NCBI GenBank assembly: GCA_963742245.1
Contig: CAVULG010000009.1
Coordinates: forward strand, 84,169-148,168
Reading direction: 5' to 3'
From: an uncultured Acidobacteriota bacterium
Lineage (GTDB): Bacteria; Acidobacteriota; Thermoanaerobaculia; UBA5066; Gp7-AA6
DNA: 64,000 nucleotides
Position numbers and translations under genes: made by a program. Below are positions 56,739-64,000 of this stretch, one piece after another; the first letter of the stretch is position 1; every line of letters starts with the position of its first letter. The notes below the pieces were generated by a model, which searched no databases, had not been told where the DNA came from, and was given only the letters and a program-made list of their open reading frames with translations.

Positions 56739-57533
56739 GTGTCGCCCGCGGCGCGCATTGCGTCGCGAGGAGAGGAGATTTTCTTGAACGCACCGCATGA
56801 CTGGTGGAGCACTTTTTTCTCCGGCCTCGCCGTGGAAATGTGGCGCGGAGCGCTGCCGCCCGAAGCCACGCAGGCCGATGCCGATTTCCTCTGGAAGCAC
56901 CTGAAGCTCGCGAAGGGCGCGTGCGTCCTCGACGTTGCGTGCGGCGCCGGCCGGCTCGCGCTGCCGCTCGCCGAGCGCGGCTGCGCGGTGACGGGTGTCG
57001 ACATCTCGCAGGATTTTCTGGACGCGGCCGCCGCGACGGCGACTGCGAAGGGCCTGTCGCTCAAGCTGCGCCGCGCGGACATGCGCGATCTGCCGGGCGG
57101 AGCGACGTTCGACGCGGCCTTCTGCTTCGGCAACAGCTTCGGCTACCTCGACGACCGGGGCAACGAGGAGTTCGTCGCGGCGGCCGCCGGGGCGCTTCGC
57201 CAGGGCGGCCGTTTCGCCATCGACTTCGGCCAGACGGCCGAGGGCGTTCTCCCCGCTCTCGCGCCAAAACAGCAGGCGTACCTCGGCAGCATTCACTTCG
57301 AGGAGGAGACGCGCTTCGACGCCCGCAGCTCGCGCATCGAGAACGTGTTCACCTTTTCGCGGGGCGATCAGAGCGAGACCAAGCTCGCTTCGCAGCGGCT
57401 GTACCTCGGGGGCGACGTCGCGCGGATGCTCGAGCACGCGGGCTTCGCGATCGCCGGCTTCTACGGCTCGCCCGCGGAAGAGCCCTTCGCGCTGAAGTCC
57501 CCGCGCCTGCTCATCGTGGGCGAGAAGCGATGA
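56739..57533 (+). CDS. class I SAM-dependent methyltransferase
   Basis: VLDVACGAGRLALPLA (motif I) and VTGVDIS. The start could also be TTG 56784. Confidence 0.8.
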   Translation: MSPAARIASRGEEIFLNAPHDWWSTFFSGLAVEMWRGALPPEATQADADFLWKHLKLAKGACVLDVACGAGRLALPLAERGCAVTGVDISQDFLDAAAATATAKGLSLKLRRADMRDLPGGATFDAAFCFGNSFGYLDDRGNEEFVAAAAGALRQGGRFAIDFGQTAEGVLPALAPKQQAYLGSIHFEEETRFDARSSRIENVFTFSRGDQSETKLASQRLYLGGDVARMLEHAGFAIAGFYGSPAEEPFALKSPRLLIVGEKR

Positions 57534-57756
57534 GCGCCTTCGTCAGCGAGTAGAGGCTGATGAGCGTCCAGGATCCTTCGAGCACGATGAGACCCCAGTT
57601 GCCGAGCTCGATGGCGAAGTACGTCAGGATCGCCGCTCCGACGAGGTTGAGGATGAGATACGGGCGGCTGTCTCCGGACAGCTTTCCGGCCTGCTGGCCG
57701 GCGTACGCGGCGAGGATCATGGCGGCGCCGACGAGCGAGACGGCCTGCCCGATCAT
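57511..57756 (-). CDS. small 3-TM membrane protein
   Basis: ATG 57756 lies inside ORF 57511..58251. 81 aa. It overlaps the upstream stop (ATGA) and the convergent methyltransferase 3' end by 23 nt. Confidence 0.5.
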   Translation of the reverse strand: MIGQAVSLVGAAMILAAYAGQQAGKLSGDSRPYLILNLVGAAILTYFAIELGNWGLIVLEGSWTLISLYSLTKALIASRPR

Positions 57757-58595
57757 CGCGCGGCTCCGGCGGGCACGGCCCTTCCGAGGGCCTCCGCGAG
57801 GCGTCCGAGAGCCTCGTCGAGCATGCGCTCGATCCGGACACCCGCCCCTTCTGGCAGGTCCCAGGAGAGGACGCGGGCTCCGACGACCTTTCCCTGCCCG
57901 GGGAACCGGAAGCCCTTCAGCTCCAGCATGCCATGGACCTCCTCCCACGACAGCGCCACCTCCCACCGCGTCTTCGCCAGGACTCGGCCCGTCAGGGTCG
58001 TTCCCCCGGCGAACCGCAGCGCGCACGGGTCGCCCGGCTCGCCGATGGCGGCGCCTCCCGCGCTCGTCAACCAGCGTCCGAGGCCTTCGGCCGTCGCGTA
58101 GTACGGGAGCAGCCGGTCGTAGGCGTACTCCGCCGGCCGCATGACGAGGATCGAGGTCTTCGGACGGCCGCGATACGTCTCCAGGTAGAGCTTGAGCGCC
58201 GCGAGCGCGCTGGTCCATCCCGAGGCGATCCCTTCGATCTCGTCGTCCCACTGCGACCCGTCGAGAAAGCCCGAGTTGACGAGGGTGACGAGCGTTTCGC
58301 CGCCGTCCCGCTCGATCCTGACTTCGAGGAGAAACGGCCCGCTTCCCGGCGCTTCGCCCCCGAGCGCGAAGCGTTTCCCGGGCTCGGCGGCGACGACTTC
58401 GTAGGGGATCTCGTAGCCGAACTTCTCGAAGACCCAGGTGAACGTCGAACCGACCTCGGGTTTGCCGGTCGCCCGGTCCACGAACCAGCGTGCGATCTCC
58501 GCGGGGTCGGCCCAGGCACTCCAGACCTCTTCCGGCGTTGCGCGCGTTCGCATCGTCACGGTCATCTGCCGGCCGCGATGCTGCCTTTCCGTCAT
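57753..58595 (-). CDS. SRPBCC/AHSA1-like protein (two tandem domains)
   Basis: ATG 58595 follows GGGAGG. PEEVWSAWADPAEIARWF matches the Aha1/START-like N-terminal pattern. The typical ArsR partner gene is adjacent. Confidence 0.7.
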   Translation of the reverse strand: MTERQHRGRQMTVTMRTRATPEEVWSAWADPAEIARWFVDRATGKPEVGSTFTWVFEKFGYEIPYEVVAAEPGKRFALGGEAPGSGPFLLEVRIERDGGETLVTLVNSGFLDGSQWDDEIEGIASGWTSALAALKLYLETYRGRPKTSILVMRPAEYAYDRLLPYYATAEGLGRWLTSAGGAAIGEPGDPCALRFAGGTTLTGRVLAKTRWEVALSWEEVHGMLELKGFRFPGQGKVVGARVLSWDLPEGAGVRIERMLDEALGRLAEALGRAVPAGAAR

Positions 58596-58614
58596 CGGAT
58601 CCTCCCTTCGCGTC

Positions 58615-59316
58615 TCATCCCTCGGGCTCCTCGGAATCCGTTTCCCCCTCTTGCACCTCTTCCGCCTCTTCCGCCGCTTCCACACTGGCCGCGACGGGAT
58701 AGCATGCGAGGACCAGCCGGTAGGGCCTGCCCCGTCCCGGCCGTCCGTCCGCGCGCAGGTTGGGCGAGGAGTACCGCGCGATGACGTCGACGACCGCCTG
58801 TCGCACCGCCTCGGCGAACCGCGTCCGCTCCGCCGGCGTCTCGAAGCGAAACTGCGACTTGAGCGACAGCGTCGACAGGCGCTTGCCCTCCCGGCCGGCC
58901 TCCTCCGAGGCACGGCCCACGTCGGACCGCACCTGCTCGGCAAGGGCGATCAGGTAGTCCGCGGAGGCCGGGTCCGCGATCGTCCGCCAGTCGGCTGCGA
59001 GCGGGCCGAGCAGCTCCGGGGAAAGCGTGTAGGTGCGGGCGGTGGCGACATAGCGTTGCTCGATGAGGTTGCGCCGGCGCCGGCGACCGGCGGCCTTCAG
59101 GAGACCGGCCTTCTCCAGGGCCCGGACGTGGTAGTTGACGCGCTGCCGCGGCAGTCCGAGGCGCCGCGCGAGCTCGCTCGAGGACGAAGGCTCCCGGGCC
59201 AGAGCCAGCAGCCGCGAGCGAAGGGGGTGCAAGAGGGCGTTCGCTCGGCGTGCCGTGCCGACGGCTTCGAGCTGAGTGGAGGGCATCGCGGAAGGCGGAG
59301 ATGAGCTCAATGACAA
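58615..59316 (-). CDS. ArsR/SmtB-family HTH transcriptional regulator with acidic C-terminal tail
   Basis: LLHPLRSRLLALAREPSSSSELARRLGLPRQRVNYHVRALEKAGLL is a winged-helix region. The start may be the internal Met at 59286. Confidence 0.75.
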   Translation of the reverse strand: MSLSSSPPSAMPSTQLEAVGTARRANALLHPLRSRLLALAREPSSSSELARRLGLPRQRVNYHVRALEKAGLLKAAGRRRRRNLIEQRYVATARTYTLSPELLGPLAADWRTIADPASADYLIALAEQVRSDVGRASEEAGREGKRLSTLSLKSQFRFETPAERTRFAEAVRQAVVDVIARYSSPNLRADGRPGRGRPYRLVLACYPVAASVEAAEEAEEVQEGETDSEEPEG

Positions 59317-59330
59317 CTATACTTGTACAG

Positions 59331-59340
59331 ACAAATTTGT
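59331..59340. promoter_or_regulatory. perfect palindrome ACAAATTTGT in the AT-rich ArsR/ABC divergent region (candidate operator)
   Basis: It sits in TTGTACAGACAAATTTGTTTGTCAATATGG, between the divergent ArsR-family and ABC exporter genes. Confidence 0.4.
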
Positions 59341-59393
59341 TTGTCAATATGGAAAGTGCGCCCTCCGCGCTACAGGATGCATAGTTGGAACGT

Positions 59394-61367
59394 ATGGCTC
59401 GACTGGGCTTTGCCGGCGGCGGTCTCTCCTCCCGCTCCTCGAAAGCGGAACGGGGTGGCGGTGGGGCAACCCGCAGGGCCGCCTCCCGGGGAGAGCCGGA
59501 GAAGAAGAAGAGCCTTCCCCTGAAGGTGCTGCTCCGCGACGCCGCGGAGCTGATCCATGCCCGCAAGGGGCGCCTGGCGCTCGGATTCGGCCTGCTGCTG
59601 ACGAGCCGCCTGTGCGGTCTCGTCCTGCCCGGCACGACCAAGGTGCTTCTGGACGACGTCATCGGCAAGGGCCGCCAGGACCTCCTCACGAAGATCGTCC
59701 TGATCACGGGGGCCGCAACCATCGTCCAGGCGATCACGGGCTTCGCGCTTTCCCAGGTCCTCGGAAAGGCCGCCCAGCGCTCGATCACCGAGATGCGCCG
59801 CTCGGTCCAGTCCCACGTGGGCCGCCTGCGCGTGGCGTTCTTCGACCAGACGAAAACGGGGGTCCTGCTCTCCCGCGTGATGACCGACGCCGAGGGCATC
59901 CGCAACCTCGTCGGAACGGGCCTGGTCGAGCTCGCCGGCGGGATCGTGACCGCGCTGCTCGCCCTCGGCATCCTCTTCTACTTCAGCGCGAAGCTGACCC
60001 TGATCGCCCTGACCGTCCTTTCTCTCTTCGGCCTGGTGCTGCTCTATGCGTTCCGGACGCTTCGCCCCCTGTTTCGGGAGCGCTCGAAGATCAATGCCGA
60101 AGTCTCGGGCCGCCTGACCGAGTCTTTTTCCGGGATCCGTGTCGTCAAGGCCTACCGCGCCGAGCGCCGCGAGGCCCTCGTCTTCACCCGGGGCGCCCAC
60201 AAGCTCTTCCGCAACGTCGCGAAGACGATGACGAGCTTTTCCGCCGTCGCGGCCCTCTCGACCCTCCTGCTCGGCGTCGTGGGCGTGACGATCATGTGGG
60301 TCGGGGCTCACGAAATCGAAGCCGGCCGCATGACCGTGGGCTCCTTCGTGTCCTTCACGCTGTACCTGGGCCTTCTCGTCGGGCCGGTCATTCAGATCGT
60401 GTCGATCGGGAGCCAGGTGACCGAGGCCTTCGCCGGCCTCGAGCGGATCCGGGAGCTGCGGGAGGAGATCGCCGAAGACGCCGGCGATCTCGCCCGTGAG
60501 CCCCTGCCCCCGATCGAGGGCCGCGTCGAGTTTCGCGACGTCCGCTTCGCCTACGACGAGAAGGTTCCCGTGCTGCACGGCATCTCGTTCGTCTCTCCCC
60601 CGGACACCGTGACGGCCCTCGTCGGCCCGTCGGGCTCGGGCAAGAGCACGATCATCGGCCTCGTGGCCGCGTTCCATCGCCCGACCTCCGGGTCGATCCT
60701 CGTCGACGGCCGGGACCTCGCCGACGTGCGCCTGGCCGACTACCGCGGCCAGATCGGCGTCGTCTTCCAGGACAACTTCCTGTTCGACGGCACGGTCTAC
60801 GAGAACATCGCCTACTCGCAGCCCGACGCGCCCCGCGAGGAGGTCCTGCGCGCCGCGCGCATCGCCAACTGCGACGAGTTCGTCGAGAAGCTCGCCGACG
60901 GCTACGAGACCATCGTCGGCGAGCGCGGCGTCAAGCTCTCCGGCGGCCAGCGTCAGCGGGTGGCGATCGCGCGCGCGATCCTCGCCGATCCGCGCATCCT
61001 GATCCTCGACGAGGCGACCTCGTCGCTCGACAGCGAGAGCGAGGCCCTGATCCAGGAGGGCCTGGCGGAGCTCATGAAGGGCCGGACGACGTTCGTCATC
61101 GCCCACCGGCTCTCGACGATCCGGCGGGCCGACGCGATTCTCGTGGTCGAGGGAGGCCGCATCGTCGAGAGCGGCCGCCACGAGGCGCTGCTCGCACGGG
61201 GCGGCCGCTACGCGGACCTCTACACGCGCCAGTACGGCCTGGAGTCGAACCTTTTCCTGAATCCCGGCGAGGCGGTCGCCGTCGAGGACGACACGGCTTC
61301 GCCCGTCAGCGCCGCGGATTCCCGGATCGGGAGCCTGCCGCTCGTCGGGGGCGGATCCTCGGAATGA
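59394..61367 (+). CDS. ABC exporter, fused permease/ATPase (MsbA/multidrug type)
   Basis: Six TM helices. Walker A GPSGSGKST, signature LSGGQRQR, and Walker B ILILDEATS. ATG 59394 is used; TTG 59385 is also possible. Confidence 0.9.
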   Translation: MARLGFAGGGLSSRSSKAERGGGGATRRAASRGEPEKKKSLPLKVLLRDAAELIHARKGRLALGFGLLLTSRLCGLVLPGTTKVLLDDVIGKGRQDLLTKIVLITGAATIVQAITGFALSQVLGKAAQRSITEMRRSVQSHVGRLRVAFFDQTKTGVLLSRVMTDAEGIRNLVGTGLVELAGGIVTALLALGILFYFSAKLTLIALTVLSLFGLVLLYAFRTLRPLFRERSKINAEVSGRLTESFSGIRVVKAYRAERREALVFTRGAHKLFRNVAKTMTSFSAVAALSTLLLGVVGVTIMWVGAHEIEAGRMTVGSFVSFTLYLGLLVGPVIQIVSIGSQVTEAFAGLERIRELREEIAEDAGDLAREPLPPIEGRVEFRDVRFAYDEKVPVLHGISFVSPPDTVTALVGPSGSGKSTIIGLVAAFHRPTSGSILVDGRDLADVRLADYRGQIGVVFQDNFLFDGTVYENIAYSQPDAPREEVLRAARIANCDEFVEKLADGYETIVGERGVKLSGGQRQRVAIARAILADPRILILDEATSSLDSESEALIQEGLAELMKGRTTFVIAHRLSTIRRADAILVVEGGRIVESGRHEALLARGGRYADLYTRQYGLESNLFLNPGEAVAVEDDTASPVSAADSRIGSLPLVGGGSSE

Positions 61368-61370
61368 GAA

Positions 61371-61447
61371 GGGCGCCCGCAAGGGGCGCCCCTACGAGAC
61401 CGGATTCACCGCGACGTCCGCGTAGGGGAGGGGCTTGCCCCCTCCCC
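61371..61447. repeat. inverted pair of REP-like hairpins between convergent genes
   Basis: GGGCGCCC-GCAAG-GGGCGCCC-CTAC (61371-61395) and GTAG-GGGAGGGG-CTTGC-CCCCTCCC (61422-61447). Confidence 0.8.
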
Positions 61448-61461
61448 TGTCAGCCGCCCCG

Positions 61462-62191
61462 CTAGCTCCGGCGCCCGCCCATCAGGCGGAGCAGCATCAG
61501 GAACAGGTTGATGAAGGTGATGTACAGCGCGAGCGCGCCCACGACCGAGTACGCGCCGTGCCGCTCTTCCGGAATGCTGACGGCCATGACCTTCATCCGC
61601 TGCGCGTCGTAGGCCGCGAGACCCGTGAAGACGATGACGCCCACGATCGTGATCACGAACTGCAGCCCCGAGTTGCCCGCCGCCCCCTTCCAGAACGCGC
61701 TCACGAGCAGCGCCAGGAAAACGCCGACGAAGCCCATGAAGAGGAACTGGCCCCAGCCGGCGAGGCTGCGCTTCGTCGTCGTTCCATAGAGCGCGAGCGC
61801 GCCGAACATCCCCGCGGCGACGAGAAACGTCGTCGCGACGGAGCCGCCCGTGTAGACCAGGAGGATCGGCGAGAGCCAGGCGCCGACCAGCGCCGAGAAC
61901 ACGACGAAGAGAACGGTCGCCAGACCCGGCGACGAGCTTTTCGACGCGCGCCTGCAGGTAGAACGCCAGACCGAGAGTGGCGATCCAGAGCCCCCAGTAG
62001 AGGACGGGTGTCCGGACGATCGTCAGCGCGGCGCCGGGCGTCCCGATGATCGCGAAGGCCACCGCCGTCGAGATCCCGAGGCCCACGAACATCCACCCGT
62101 AAACCTTGCGCAGGAAACCCGTCACGCGCTCGGCCGTGGCCGTCGCGGTCGGTGAAAACGCGGACTGAGGCGTCATTTCAAATTCGTTCAT
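61462..62191 (-). CDS. Bax inhibitor-1/YccA-family membrane protein, single frameshift
   Basis: The N-terminal part (MNEFEMTPQS...FLRKVYGWM...) is in the frame of ORF 61406..62767. The C-terminal part is ORF 61462..61902 (AAYDAQRMK). One extra base near 61937. GGAGGAG Shine-Dalgarno before the ATG. Confidence 0.75.
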
Positions 62192-62244
62192 GGTGTCTCC
62201 TCCGGAAACCCGGATTCTATCGCTCCATCGTGTCCCAGCCGGCG

Positions 62245-62724
62245 TCAGTTGACCTTGTAACGCAGAGCCTCCAGGGCCCGCAGTGCCAGAGGATCGCCCG
62301 GGCTCTCGGCCAGTGCGCCCTCGAACTCCGCCACGGCCTCCGCGATCTCTCCCCGGGAAGCCCGCAGGCGCCCGAGATTCAGGTACGGAAAGTGCCTCGG
62401 CTCGTAGCGGGGCGCCGTCTTCGCGCGCTCGAACCAGTCGATCGCGCCATCGCCGTCGCCCTGCTCCATCAGGTAACAGCCGATGTCGTTGTAGGGATTC
62501 CCGAAGGAGGGGTCGGTCGCGATGGCCTTGCGGCATTCCTCGATCGCATCCGCCAGGCGTCCCGCGAAGGAGTAGGCCCAGCCGCGAAACGTGTACGCCT
62601 CGGCGGTCGGCTCGGTCTCGAGCGACCGCGTGAAGAGAGCGATCGCCTCCGTCAGCTCGCCCTCGAGGAGCTTTCCGGTGCCCTCGCGCCAGAGCGAGAG
62701 TGCTTCTTCGGATCGCGCGCCCAT
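62245..62724 (-). CDS. TPR-repeat protein
   Basis: 159 aa with three to four TPR-like helical hairpins (A-x3-F-x2-A...P pattern). Confidence 0.7.
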   Translation of the reverse strand: MGARSEEALSLWREGTGKLLEGELTEAIALFTRSLETEPTAEAYTFRGWAYSFAGRLADAIEECRKAIATDPSFGNPYNDIGCYLMEQGDGDGAIDWFERAKTAPRYEPRHFPYLNLGRLRASRGEIAEAVAEFEGALAESPGDPLALRALEALRYKVN

Positions 62725-62750
62725 GCCCGATTATAGAATTCGTCCACCCG

Positions 62751-63197
62751 ATGAGCGACGACCGCAAATACCGCCACCGCGGCTACCAGGAGTCCGACTC
62801 GCAGCCTTCCGGCGGCCGGCGCTCCGGCGGGCCGCGGCCGCCGCGCGACGACGACGGCGCTCCCCGCGGGCGCGGGATCGATCAGGACAAGGCGGTGGTC
62901 TTCCGGTGCAAGCACTGCGGCGAGAAGGTGCTCGATCTCGACTCGATCGGCGCCGAGGCGACCTGCCGCAAGTGCGGCGGTGCTCTCCACGCCTGCAGCC
63001 AGTGCTCGTTCTTCGACACGTCGGCCCGCTTCGAGTGCACGCAGCCGATCCCCGCGCGCATCCCGTCGAAGCAGGCCGCCAACACGTGCACCTTCTACGC
63101 GCCGTCGAAGACGTTCGACCTGACCGGCAGCCGCGGCGTCGAGGCCACGCCCGACGACGCCCGCTCGGCCTTCGACGCGCTGTTTCGCAAACCGTAG
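62751..63197 (+). CDS. Cys-rich zinc-ribbon protein with basic disordered N-terminus
   Basis: ATG 62751 lies inside ORF 62700..63197. CKHCG, CRKCG and CSQC pairs. TAGAAT box 11 nt upstream. Confidence 0.55.
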   Translation: MSDDRKYRHRGYQESDSQPSGGRRSGGPRPPRDDDGAPRGRGIDQDKAVVFRCKHCGEKVLDLDSIGAEATCRKCGGALHACSQCSFFDTSARFECTQPIPARIPSKQAANTCTFYAPSKTFDLTGSRGVEATPDDARSAFDALFRKP

Positions 63198-63204
63198 GGC
63201 GGCG

Positions 63205-63912
63205 CTAGATCCGCTTCGCCGCGGCCACCGCTTTCCTCAACACCGCGCGGAGCATCGCGGGCGTCAGCTTCCCCGTGAACGTGTTCTGCTGACTCGGGTG
63301 GTAGGTCGCGAGCAGACGGTCGCGGCCGATCTGGAAATCCGCTCCGTGGGAAAAGCGCGGCCGCGGTTTCGGCAGCGTCGTGCCCTCGGCCGCGAGGGAC
63401 TCGAGACACGCGGTGAACGCGAGGGCTCCGAGGGCGACCAGCACGCTCGGCTCCGGAAGCAGCGCGAGCTCGCGAAGCAGGTACTCGCGACAGTTGCCGA
63501 GCTCTTCGGGCAGCGGCCGGTTGTCCGGCGGCGCGCAGCGGGCGGTGGCCGTCACGAGCGCGCCGTCGAGCGCGAGGCCGTCGCCCCGGTGAATCGACTC
63601 CGGCTGATTGGCCAGGCCGACGGCATGGAGCGCGGCGAAGAGAAAGCGCCCCGACTCGTCGCCCGTGAAGATGCGCCCCGTCCGATTCCCCCCGTGCGCC
63701 GCGGGCGCCAGGCCGACGATCAGGATCCGGGCCTTCGAATCGCCGAAAGCCGGGACCGGCCGCGCCCAGTATTTCTGACCGGCGAAGCGCCTCGGGGGAT
63801 GCCGCGCCGCCTCTTCGCGCCACGCGACCAGACGCGGGCAGCGGCGGCATGCGACGACGTCGCGGGCGACCGAAGCGAGCGAGTCCCGCCGGGCCGCGGT
63901 CGTGCGTCGCAT
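63205..63912 (-). CDS. uracil-DNA glycosylase, family 5 (UdgB-like)
   Basis: CRRCPRL Fe-S Cys motif, GLAPAAHGGNRTGR (family-5 motif A) and HPSQQN motif B. Confidence 0.8.
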   Translation of the reverse strand: MRRTTAARRDSLASVARDVVACRRCPRLVAWREEAARHPPRRFAGQKYWARPVPAFGDSKARILIVGLAPAAHGGNRTGRIFTGDESGRFLFAALHAVGLANQPESIHRGDGLALDGALVTATARCAPPDNRPLPEELGNCREYLLRELALLPEPSVLVALGALAFTACLESLAAEGTTLPKPRPRFSHGADFQIGRDRLLATYHPSQQNTFTGKLTPAMLRAVLRKAVAAAKRI

Positions 63913-63914
63913 GG

Positions 63915-64000
63915 CTACTTCTTGGCGGGAAGCCCCTTCGGCACGCCCATCGCGCGCCAGCGCTTCTTCTTTTCTTCCCAGTCCTTCTCGGCGCGCTTGC
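63915..64000 (-). CDS. 3' end of an unidentified gene (5' part outside window)
   Basis: Open minus-strand frame ending ...KKRWRAMGVPKGLPAKK-TAG, 2 nt before the UDG start. Confidence 0.35.
   Translation of the reverse strand, partial: KRAEKDWEEKKKRWRAMGVPKGLPAKK

Overview
Very GC-rich (about 70% by eye, not computed) chromosomal segment. About 58 protein-coding genes sit densely on both strands. I found no rRNA, tRNA, CRISPR array, transposase or integrase. The gene content suggests an Acidobacteriota-like soil or sediment bacterium (low-confidence inference): TIGR02999-type ECF sigma next to a Ser/Thr kinase-TPR protein, a DUF1800/DUF1501 pair, an OPT transporter, and many exported peptidases. 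Recognisable housekeeping genes include ino1, dinB, gltA, proC, msrA/msrB, an RNase II/R-family enzyme, a Cys/Met-metabolism PLP enzyme, a fatty-acid desaturase, a family-5 UDG and an MsbA-like ABC exporter. The stand-out locus is a translationally coupled three-gene operon at 42531-44870. It encodes a stand-alone RyR-domain protein, a 4-TM protein with two SLATT-like 2TM modules, and a TIR domain fused to 4-5 TM helices. I interpret it as a candidate, apparently unnamed, membrane-anchored NAD-targeting conflict or anti-phage system. Other signals: (1) a family of GC-rich REP-like hairpins (GTAG-stem-CTTGC-stem) at convergent gene ends, with compensatory stem changes; (2) a roughly 130-nt structured MITE-like repeat in two full inverted copies plus fragments; (3) GGGGTCAG-type long hairpins; (4) clusters of single-nucleotide frameshifts (M2 peptidase at least 6, YfhO-like 3, several single cases), which are either gene decay or assembly indels; (5) a VWA gene remnant fused abruptly to the M2 gene; (6) a probable CTG-initiated ECF sigma factor; (7) a recurring TAnnnT box 6-11 nt upstream of start codons, suggesting leaderless mRNAs; (8) Cys-containing SLH-like triple repeats shared by two large secreted proteins. 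All functional calls come from by-eye motif recognition on the supplied translations. No database search was run.
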